Source: Polyangiaceae bacterium
GTDB taxonomy: Bacteria > Myxococcota_A > Polyangia > Polyangiales > Polyangiaceae
Length of the DNA: 64,000 bases
Assembly (NCBI GenBank): GCA_035063585.1
Contig: JAPSGB010000004.1
Coordinates: 144,095 to 208,094, forward strand
Direction of reading: 5' to 3'
Part shown: positions 1 to 7,568 of the stretch, piece after piece
Numbering within the stretch: position 1 is the stretch's first letter
How the letters are laid out: each line of letters opens with the position of its first letter
Position numbers and translations under genes: made by a program
Notes under the pieces: model-generated
Seen by the model: the letters and a program-made list of their open reading frames with translations, nothing else
Databases searched by the model: none
Told to the model about the DNA's origin: nothing

Positions 1-2
1 CG

Positions 3-980
3 GCCACGGGTGGCGGCGCGGGCGCGCCCGCAGGCGGCGCGGCAGGCTCGGGGGCGACCGACGGCGGGATCATCGTCGACGACGATTCGGGGCCCAATGG
101 GTCCTGCGTCCCCGACCACTCCGTCCTCACCCCGGCCGGCCCGGAGGCGGTGCTGGCGGCCGCGTACGCCTCCCTCTACACGGTGTACCACCTCGGCGCG
201 GTGCCCGGCATGCCGCCTGGGCACCTCGGCGGGTGCACCATCGCCGCGAACGATCCGAACACCTTGCTCGTGGTCGGGGACTCGGAGAGCGAGACCGCCG
301 GCCTCTGGGCAATCCCGGTCGCGCGCGACGCCTGCCGGCACATCATTGGCTGGAACGGCGTCGCGAAGAAGCTCGCCGACGCGCCGTTCATGGACGCGAA
401 CCTCCCCTACACCGACCAAGACGTCCTCCTCTACTCGATGTGGCCCTCGAACAAGCTCGGCCAGCTCCTGCCAGGCGCCACGAGCCCGAGCCTCGAGACC
501 GATCTCAGCGCGCTCGGCGTGACCGACAGCCCAGGCGGGCTCGCCTTCGTGCCGAGCTACCTGCCCGCCGCCGGGCACCTGCGCGCGGTGAGCTGGCCGC
601 TCGGCAGGTTCTTCCACCTCGAGTACTCGGTAAGTAACCCTCCGCTCCTCGATATCACCGGCGCGAGCCAGGCGGCCAAGGTGGTCGAGGGCGGCGGCTT
701 CGCGTACGTGCCGCCCGGCTCCCCCGGCTTCGACCAACCGAGCCTCATCATGGCCGAATGGCAGGGCCGCGCGGTGGTTACCTACGAGGTGGACGACGCC
801 GGCGATCCGATCGCTGGCTCGCGGAAGCCCTTCTTCAGCTCATTCCCTCAGCCTTGGGGGGCGTACTTCGAGCCCGAGACGGGCGACTACCTGTTTCTCA
901 CCTGGGTGAGCTCGCCGGATCGCGTCTACATCGTGCAAGGCTTCGAGAAGCCACCGCCGCCGCCGCCGCCACCCAAGTGA
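3..980 (+). CDS. Secreted/lipoprotein-type hypothetical protein (5' end truncated by window), possible beta-propeller body
   Basis: Frame of ORF 150..980 is open back to base 3 through a Gly/Ala linker (ATGGGAGAPAGGAAGSG...) typical of myxobacterial lipoproteins; poly-Pro C-terminus. Confidence 0.6.
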   Translation, partial: ATGGGAGAPAGGAAGSGATDGGIIVDDDSGPNGSCVPDHSVLTPAGPEAVLAAAYASLYTVYHLGAVPGMPPGHLGGCTIAANDPNTLLVVGDSESETAGLWAIPVARDACRHIIGWNGVAKKLADAPFMDANLPYTDQDVLLYSMWPSNKLGQLLPGATSPSLETDLSALGVTDSPGGLAFVPSYLPAAGHLRAVSWPLGRFFHLEYSVSNPPLLDITGASQAAKVVEGGGFAYVPPGSPGFDQPSLIMAEWQGRAVVTYEVDDAGDPIAGSRKPFFSSFPQPWGAYFEPETGDYLFLTWVSSPDRVYIVQGFEKPPPPPPPPK

Positions 981-1031
981 GCAGGCGCGCCGAGGAGCGC
1001 GACGCCTCGGCGCGGGCAGCGCCACCTCGTC

Positions 1032-1970
1032 TCAGAATCGACCGCGGAGCCCGACCGAGCCCGGCCCAACGAGCGGCACCACGCGCCCGACCTGCTCCTC
1101 GCTCGCGGAGGGAGCCGTGAGGAGCAGCACCGCGCCCGCGCCGAGACCGACCACGCCGACGATGGTACCAACCGTGGCGATGTCCGCTTGCGTCTTGCCG
1201 GTGTCGTAGAGCTCACGCTCGGAGGAGGCGCAAGCGTGGTTCGGGCAGTTGGTGTCGAGGTCGGCCTTGGTCGAGTGGGCCTTCAGCGCGAACACCGCGC
1301 CGACCGCGAGCCCGACGCCTCCCACCGCCAGGCTCACGTAACCGGCGGTGCGCGCCGCCGACGAGTGGCGCGAGGTGATCGCCGCGACGGGCGCCGGCCG
1401 CGCCTCCTCGGCCGGCTCGAGCTTCACATCGATGGTGCGCGCCTCGCCGACGGCCACCGTGAAGGTGGTGTCGAACGGCTTCATCCCGGGCGCCTCGGCG
1501 TGGAGGCGGTGCGCTCCGGGCTCGAGCGCGAGCGGCGAGCTCGCTTCGACCGTGACGTCGTCGAGGGTGAGCGACGCGTCGTTCGCGCCGGAGAGGACGA
1601 TGGTCAGCTTGGGCACCACCGCCGAGACCCGCTCGAGCTCGGACTTGGCCTTGCGCTTCTCACCCGCCGAGGCGCGCGGGTCGTCGATCACGCTCTCGAG
1701 CAGCGACGCGGCCTCTCGTGGCGCGCCGGCCTTCTCCGTGACGCGCGCGAGCGCGAGCCGCAGCTTTGGCGTGTCGTTCAGCTCCATCGCGTGCTTCAGG
1801 AGGTCCCGCGCCTCGGTCCATTCTCCCTTACGCTCGTGCAGCTTGGCGTCTCGCACGGCCCGGCCAGCCGCTGCGACGTCCGCGCGTGATGGCCGAGCGC
1901 TGGCAGGCGCAGACGTCAGGGCAGCCGCGAGCGCGGCAGCCGCCAGGAATCCCTTACGCATGCGGGCCAT
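1032..1970 (-). CDS. TPR + PEGA-like domain membrane protein (myxobacterial family)
   Basis: Signal peptide, helical TPR-like segment, 'LEPGAHRLHAEAPGMKPF' PEGA-like motif, two C-terminal hydrophobic segments and 'GSVGLRGRF' ending. Confidence 0.7.
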   Translation of the reverse strand: MARMRKGFLAAAALAAALTSAPASARPSRADVAAAGRAVRDAKLHERKGEWTEARDLLKHAMELNDTPKLRLALARVTEKAGAPREAASLLESVIDDPRASAGEKRKAKSELERVSAVVPKLTIVLSGANDASLTLDDVTVEASSPLALEPGAHRLHAEAPGMKPFDTTFTVAVGEARTIDVKLEPAEEARPAPVAAITSRHSSAARTAGYVSLAVGGVGLAVGAVFALKAHSTKADLDTNCPNHACASSERELYDTGKTQADIATVGTIVGVVGLGAGAVLLLTAPSASEEQVGRVVPLVGPGSVGLRGRF

Positions 1971-2018
1971 GTTCTCAAGCCCGGGGCGCGCTCGCAACCG
2001 TTCCGCTCGGCGCGCAGC

Positions 2019-2561
2019 TCAGTTGTCGAACTTGAGCGAGTTTCCCTCGGCGTCCCGCATCTTGCCCATGCCGATGATGATGCGGTCGATCAGCGCCCAG
2101 AACCCGAGCCCGCCGAACGTGAAGAGCTTCAAGAGCCCGAGCCCCGTCTGCCCCAGGTAGAAGCGATCCGCGCCGAACATGCCGAGGAAATACGAGAGGA
2201 GGAACGCCACCGACTGGCTCCGGGTCGGGTTTCCGACCGGCGGGTCGCGAGCCAGCACGAGCCCTTCGGCGTCGCGACGCGCGCCCAGGCCAGTCACGAT
2301 GGCGTCGATCATCGACCAGATCCCGCAGCCGCCGAGCGTGAAGAGCTTCAAGAGCCCGAGCCCCGTCTGCCCCAGGTAGAAGCGGTCGACACCGAACGCG
2401 CCGAGCAGCAAGGACAGGAGAAAGACGGTCGCCTGGTCCTTGCTCGACGAGCGCGTGAGGCCGCCGGAGCCGGACTGCCACGCCGGCGTGACGATCGGCG
2501 GCGCGCCGTAGGGACCGGGCCCGCCCCACCCACCTCCTGACGAGTATCCACCGCCGCTCAT
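2019..2561 (-). CDS. Tandem TM2-domain membrane protein
   Basis: Two copies of 'FG(V/A)DRFYLGQTGLGLLKLFTxGG.G.W..ID'; GGAG RBS before ATG at 2561. Confidence 0.85.
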   Translation of the reverse strand: MSGGGYSSGGGWGGPGPYGAPPIVTPAWQSGSGGLTRSSSKDQATVFLLSLLLGAFGVDRFYLGQTGLGLLKLFTLGGCGIWSMIDAIVTGLGARRDAEGLVLARDPPVGNPTRSQSVAFLLSYFLGMFGADRFYLGQTGLGLLKLFTFGGLGFWALIDRIIIGMGKMRDAEGNSLKFDN

Positions 2562-2939
2562 GTCGTGCTCCTCGCTCCCTCGTGAACTTGCGGCGAACCG
2601 GCCCCGCGCCCCGAGCGCGAGGGTGCCGCTCGGCGCGCCAGCTCGATCGCCCGCTCGATCTAGCATGGCACGCTCGCCAAACCTCCCAATTCCTCACGCC
2701 GGAGCCGTTACGTCCGCTCGACGCCGCGCGACCGGGCGGGCTCGGGTGTCCGAAGGCGTCGCACGCAGCGCGCAGCGCGCTGGCCACCGGCGAGCGACGC
2801 GGTACCCGGCGCTACCGGCGACGGGCGCGCCGCGTCCCGAGCACGCGAGCGTCATGATGGGTCGGGGAGGCGCGGCCGGCGGCGCGCGCCGGTCACGGTT
2901 CCCGAACCCTTTCCCTCACGCTAGGCTCGAACCGAGCCG

Positions 2940-3389
2940 ATGGATCGCCGCGCATTTCTTTGGTTCGCGCTGGCCGCCGGATGCAGCCGCGCCCCCTCCG
3001 AGGATCGAGAACACGTCCCGTGGTCGTCGAGCCAGGTCGTCACGAGCGCGGCGCTCGCAAGAGAGCTCGGGGAGGCGCCGCCTCCGAAGGTCGTGCACGT
3101 CGGGCCACCGCAGCTCTTTCGGAGCGAGCGCGTGCCCGGCGCGGTGCACACCGGAGAGGGGGGCGACGCGGAGGGCCTCGCGGCGCTCGAGCGATGGCTC
3201 ACGCCGCTCGAACGCGATGCGCGGGTGGTCCTCTACTGCGGGTGCTGCCCGTACCGGAACTGCCCGAACATCCGCCCCGCGTTCCACAAGGCAGTGGCGC
3301 TCGGCTTTACGCGGGTGCGCGTGCTGGATCTGCCGACTCGGTTCAAAGAGGACTGGACCGCGCACGGCCTGCCGGTCGAGCGCGGTTGA
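2940..3389 (+). CDS. Rhodanese-like domain protein, exported (RR motif and lipobox-like LAAGC)
   Basis: 'RVPGAVH' and 'VVLYCGCCP' active-site loop, 'LGFTRVRVL', 'W...GLPVE'. Confidence 0.75.
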   Translation: MDRRAFLWFALAAGCSRAPSEDREHVPWSSSQVVTSAALARELGEAPPPKVVHVGPPQLFRSERVPGAVHTGEGGDAEGLAALERWLTPLERDARVVLYCGCCPYRNCPNIRPAFHKAVALGFTRVRVLDLPTRFKEDWTAHGLPVERG

Positions 3390-3521
3390 CGCGGCCCCGC
3401 TCCGGAACGAATGACCGGATGATGAGCTCACGCCGATGAGCCGGCGCCTGCCCGCCACCGAGACGCTCGCCGAGGGCGCCCCACCGGACCGTCCGCAGGC
3501 CCGGGCCGAGGCGACCACGCC

Positions 3522-4838
3522 GTGCGGAGCGCTCGAGCAGCGAGGCTCCACGTGAGCCAGCGGTGGCGCAGCGCGCTCGCGCTCGTCGCGCTGTCGCTCG
3601 GCGCGACGGCCCGCGCCGCGGCGGCAGGGCCCGACGGCACGCCTCCCACGGAGAGCGACGACGTGTTCGCGGAGGTAGAGGCGGGGCTCTCGCCGAACGC
3701 GGCCGCGGGTGAGTCGGAGCGCACCGCGGCGGCGCAGGCGAAGCCGCGCGCGCGCACGTCCCCGACCATCCCGGCGCGCGCCGCGAGCGCGAGCGGCGTG
3801 ATGAACCCGGAGCTGTCGGTCATCGCCAATTTCGCCGCGGCGGCCTTCTCCGACGAGCATCATCTCGAGAGTGGAGCGCACGATCCCGAGCGGACGGGCT
3901 TCAACCTCCAGGCGCTCGAGCTCAGCGTGCGGAGCGTCGTCGATCCGTACCTGCGGTTCGACGCCCACCTGGCCTTCGGGGAAGAGGGCGTCGAGCTCGA
4001 GGAGGCGTTCGCCACGACGCTCGGGCTCCCCGGCGGCCTGCAGGCGCGGATGGGTCAGTTCCTGAGCCGCTTCGGTCGCATCAACGCGACCCATCCGCAC
4101 GCGTGGAACTTCGTGGATCAGCCCTTCGCGCTCGGCCGCATCTTCGGTGGCGACGGCAACCGCGGGCTCGGCGCCGAGGTGAGCTGGCTCGCTCCCCTGC
4201 CCTGGTACGTCGAGGCGGTCGCCTCGCTGATGAATCCCGGGAGCCCGAACACGGCGCGCAGCTTTGCCTCGGAGGACGAGCGCGCGGTGCGCGAGCTCGG
4301 AGCCCTCCTCTACGTCGGCGCGCTCAAGCAGTCGTTCGAGCTCGCGGATGACTGGACGCTCCTCTTCGGCACCTCCGGCGCGTTCGGGCCCGGCGCGGCG
4401 AGCGGTGAGCGCGCGGAGGTCTACGGCACCGATCTCTTCATGAAGTATCGCCCGATCACTCGCGCGAGCACCACCGAGCTCACCTGGCAGACCGAGCTCT
4501 TCTACCGCCGCCGTCACCTCGCCCTGCAGACGCTCACGGACGTGAACGGCTACACCGAGGTCTTCCTGCGGTTCGCACGCCGCTGGGGGACGGCCGCGCG
4601 CTACGAGCTCGGCACGCCGGCGTACCCGACCGGGCCGCGCGTCACGGACCCGCTCGACCCCGCCTGGCAGGCGACGCGCTTTCGGGTCAGCGCGAACGTG
4701 ACCCACTGGCCGAGCGAATTTTCGCGTTTTCGGCTGCAAGGCTCCGCGGACATGCCAGGCTGGAGGCCTCGGCCCGTCTACGCGGTGTTCCTCGCCGCCG
4801 AGTTCGTGGTCGGTGCCCATGGGGCGCACACGTTCTAG
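3522..4838 (+). CDS. Outer-membrane beta-barrel metal uptake protein (zinc-regulated receptor/porin-like)
   Basis: 'NPELSVI', 'HDP..GFNLQALEL.....VDPY', 'FGRIN.THPH.W.FVDQP', C-terminal 'GAHGAHTF'; first gene of a metal ABC operon; true start may be GTG ~3552. Confidence 0.7.
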   Translation: MRSARAARLHVSQRWRSALALVALSLGATARAAAAGPDGTPPTESDDVFAEVEAGLSPNAAAGESERTAAAQAKPRARTSPTIPARAASASGVMNPELSVIANFAAAAFSDEHHLESGAHDPERTGFNLQALELSVRSVVDPYLRFDAHLAFGEEGVELEEAFATTLGLPGGLQARMGQFLSRFGRINATHPHAWNFVDQPFALGRIFGGDGNRGLGAEVSWLAPLPWYVEAVASLMNPGSPNTARSFASEDERAVRELGALLYVGALKQSFELADDWTLLFGTSGAFGPGAASGERAEVYGTDLFMKYRPITRASTTELTWQTELFYRRRHLALQTLTDVNGYTEVFLRFARRWGTAARYELGTPAYPTGPRVTDPLDPAWQATRFRVSANVTHWPSEFSRFRLQGSADMPGWRPRPVYAVFLAAEFVVGAHGAHTF

Positions 4839-4850
4839 AAGGGAGCGAGC

Positions 4851-5753
4851 ATGCATCGAGCGTTATCATTGGTGATCGTGGCGCTCTCGCTCCTCTTCGG
4901 CCGGAGCGCAGAGGCCAAGCTCGCCGTCGTCACGAGCACCGCGACGCTGGCCTCGCTCGTCCGAGAGGTGGGCGGCGACCGGGTGAAGGTGACGAGCCTG
5001 GCGCTCCCCACGCAGGACCCCCACTTCGTCGACGCCAAGCCGCGCCTCGCGCTCGAGCTCAAGAAGGCCGATCTGCTCGTCGTGGTCGGGCTGGATCTCG
5101 AGATCGGCTGGCTCCCGGTGCTCCAGACCGGGAGCCGGAACGGCAAGGTGCAGGTCGGCGCAGAAGGCTACCTCGACTGCTCGAGGTTCGTGCGCGTGCT
5201 CGACGTCCCCGAAGGCAAGGTCGATCGCGCCGCGGGAGACGTCCACCCGCAGGGGAACCCCCACTACCTCTATGATCCGCGGCAGGCCGCGCGGGTGACC
5301 AAGGCCATCGCGGACAAGCTCGCCGAGCTCGACCCGAGTCACACCGACGACTATCGCAAGAACGCGCTCGAGTTCGTGAAGAAGCTCGGAAAGTCTACCA
5401 AGCTCTGGGAGGCCCAGCTCGCCCACGCGCGCGGCGCGAAGGTGGTCGCCTATCACAAGTCCTTCTCGTACCTGACCGACTGGCTCGGCCTCGACGTGAT
5501 CGCGCACATCGAGCCGCGACCCGGCGTCCCGCCAACCCCCCACCACGTCGCGCAAGTGATCGAGCTCGCGAAGCGGCGCCAGGTGAAGCTCGTGCTCGAG
5601 GAGAGCTACTATTTCAGCGCCACCGGTGAGCTCGTAGCAAGAAAGATCGGCGCGACCCTGGCGCGGGTCCCGGCGGCCCCGAGCGCGACGCAGGGCTACA
5701 TCGCGCACCTCGACGCCATCGTGAAGAAGCTCGCGCGAGTATACGAGAAGTGA
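4851..5753 (+). CDS. znuA: Zn/Mn ABC transporter substrate-binding protein (ZnuA family)
   Basis: Signal peptide, 'QDPHF', 'DVHPQGNPHY', 'YHKSF' metal-ligand motifs. Confidence 0.85.
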   Translation: MHRALSLVIVALSLLFGRSAEAKLAVVTSTATLASLVREVGGDRVKVTSLALPTQDPHFVDAKPRLALELKKADLLVVVGLDLEIGWLPVLQTGSRNGKVQVGAEGYLDCSRFVRVLDVPEGKVDRAAGDVHPQGNPHYLYDPRQAARVTKAIADKLAELDPSHTDDYRKNALEFVKKLGKSTKLWEAQLAHARGAKVVAYHKSFSYLTDWLGLDVIAHIEPRPGVPPTPHHVAQVIELAKRRQVKLVLEESYYFSATGELVARKIGATLARVPAAPSATQGYIAHLDAIVKKLARVYEK

Positions 5754-6493
5754 GCGAGCTCCTGCTCCGCTGCGAGGCGCTGCGCGTCGGCTACCTCGGA
5801 CGCGCGATCCTGCCCGCCATCGAGCTCGAGATCCGCGCCGGAGAGTTCTGGGCGGTGGTCGGGCGCAACGGCTCGGGCAAGACCACCTGGCTGAGGACGC
5901 TCCTCGGCCTGCTCCCGCCGGTGGGGGGTCGCGTCACGCGCGCGCGCGCCGACCTCTCTTTCTCCTATGTGCCGCAGCAAAAGACGATCGACGAGCTCTA
6001 TCCGCTCCTCGCGCGCGACGTGGTCGGGCTCGGGCTCGAGCGGGGGTGGTCGTTCCTCGCGCCGCGGTTCGGCCGTGAGCCCCCGGAAATCCTGGAGGCG
6101 CTCGAAGAGTTCGGCGCGGGTGAGCTCGCCGGCCAGCCGTTTCGTAGCCTCTCCGAGGGTCAGAAGCAGCGCGTGCTGTTCGCGCGCCTCGCCGTGTCGC
6201 GGGCGGAGCTCGCGGTGCTCGACGAACCGACCAGCGCGATGGATCCGGTCGCGATTGACGAGGCCTTCGAGCTCCTGGCGCGACATCGCGAGCGGCACGC
6301 GCTCGCCGTCGTGATGGTGAGCCACACCGTCGACCGTCTGCGCCACTACGCGGACCACGCGCTCCTCGTCGACCGCGAGCGCGAGGCCGTGCTCGTCGGG
6401 AGCCCGGAGGCGGTCTTCGCAGATGAGCGCTTCACGGCGCGCTTCGGCGAGTCGGCGGGGGGCGTCTCGGCGCTGCGAGAGCAGCGTGCCTGA
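5750..6493 (+). CDS. znuC: Metal ABC transporter ATP-binding protein
   Basis: Walker A GRNGSGKT, signature LSEGQKQR, Walker B VLDEPT, H-loop; GTGA overlap with znuA. Confidence 0.9.
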   Translation: MSELLLRCEALRVGYLGRAILPAIELEIRAGEFWAVVGRNGSGKTTWLRTLLGLLPPVGGRVTRARADLSFSYVPQQKTIDELYPLLARDVVGLGLERGWSFLAPRFGREPPEILEALEEFGAGELAGQPFRSLSEGQKQRVLFARLAVSRAELAVLDEPTSAMDPVAIDEAFELLARHRERHALAVVMVSHTVDRLRHYADHALLVDREREAVLVGSPEAVFADERFTARFGESAGGVSALREQRA

Positions 6494-7568
6494 GCCGGTC
6501 CCCTCGGCGGGCGGCTCGAGCGCGCTCACCCACGACGAGCTGCTCGAGGCGTTCGGCGGCGAGCTCGGCGCGGGCCCGGAGACCGCCTCGAGCGCTGCTA
6601 CGAAGAGGGCCCCCGCGCGCGGAGAAGTCCCCGAGCCGAGCGCGGACGCGCGTGACGAGAGCGCAGCGGGGACTTCGAGCGCAGCTCACGAGGCTCACCC
6701 GAGCCTGAGCGAGTTTCGCGAAGGATGGCAAGCCGGGCTCTACCGAGATCCCGTCTTGTGCGGCTCCTTCGCCGGGCTCGTGCTCGGCGTGCTCGGCGTG
6801 TTCGTGGTGCTGCGCCGCGCGGTGTTCGTGACCGCCGCGGTGAGCCAGGCGGCCGGTCTGGGCGTTGCGCTCGCCATCTGGTTCGGGATCGCCCTCGGCG
6901 TGTCGGTGCCGGCGGTCGCGGGCGCGCTCGTCCTCGCGCTCGGCGCGACCGCGCTGCTCGGCCGGCGAGAGCGCCCGACGCGCCTTCCGCGCGAGACGCT
7001 GGTCGCCGCGATCTATCTCGCGAGCGGAGCCGGCGCGATCATCGTAGGCGAGCGTATCGCAGAGGAGTCCCACGACATCGCGAACATCCTGTTCGGGACG
7101 GCCGTGCTCGTGCGCGCCGAGGATCTCTGGCTCGTCATCGGCGTCGGTTCGCTCGTGCTCTTCGCGATCGTCGCGGCGCGACGCGGCCTCTTGTTCGCGG
7201 GGTTCGATCCGGAGGGGGCTCGCGTCCACCGGCTCCCCGTTCGTCTGCTCGATCTGCTGCTCTGGGTCCTGGTCGCGCTCGAGGTGTCGGTCACCACCCG
7301 AGCGATGGGCGCGCTGCCCGTCTTCGCCTTCACGGTGCTCCCGGCCATCAGTGCGCTCAGCATCACGCGGCGCATGACCTCTGCGCTGTTGGTGGCCAGC
7401 GCTCTCGGTGGGCTCGCCGGCGGGCTAGGCTACGTGGTCGCCTTCTTCCTCGACCTGCCGGTCGGCGCCTCGCAGGCGCTGCTCGCGACGCTGCTCTTTC
7501 TCGGCTGTTCGGCCGCGGCGCGGGCCGGGCTTGCCAACCCGCTCATAACCGAGGAACGCTCCCGATGA
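6486..7568 (+). CDS. znuB: Metal ABC transporter permease (ABC-3/ZnuB family)
   Basis: 'LGVFVVLRR', 'NILFG', 'FDPEGAR' motifs; many TM helices; GTG start at 6486 inferred. Confidence 0.85.
   Translation: MPEPVPSAGGSSALTHDELLEAFGGELGAGPETASSAATKRAPARGEVPEPSADARDESAAGTSSAAHEAHPSLSEFREGWQAGLYRDPVLCGSFAGLVLGVLGVFVVLRRAVFVTAAVSQAAGLGVALAIWFGIALGVSVPAVAGALVLALGATALLGRRERPTRLPRETLVAAIYLASGAGAIIVGERIAEESHDIANILFGTAVLVRAEDLWLVIGVGSLVLFAIVAARRGLLFAGFDPEGARVHRLPVRLLDLLLWVLVALEVSVTTRAMGALPVFAFTVLPAISALSITRRMTSALLVASALGGLAGGLGYVVAFFLDLPVGASQALLATLLFLGCSAAARAGLANPLITEERSR

Noticed and set aside
3390..3550. Zur/Fur box or metal riboswitch upstream of the metal uptake operon
   Set aside because: No AT-rich palindrome or recognisable riboswitch consensus seen by eye; needs an Rfam/motif scan
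6725..7564. 280-aa N-terminal extension of the S46 ORF
   Set aside because: Overlaps znuB out of frame and is Arg-rich nonsense; the signal peptide begins at ATG 7565
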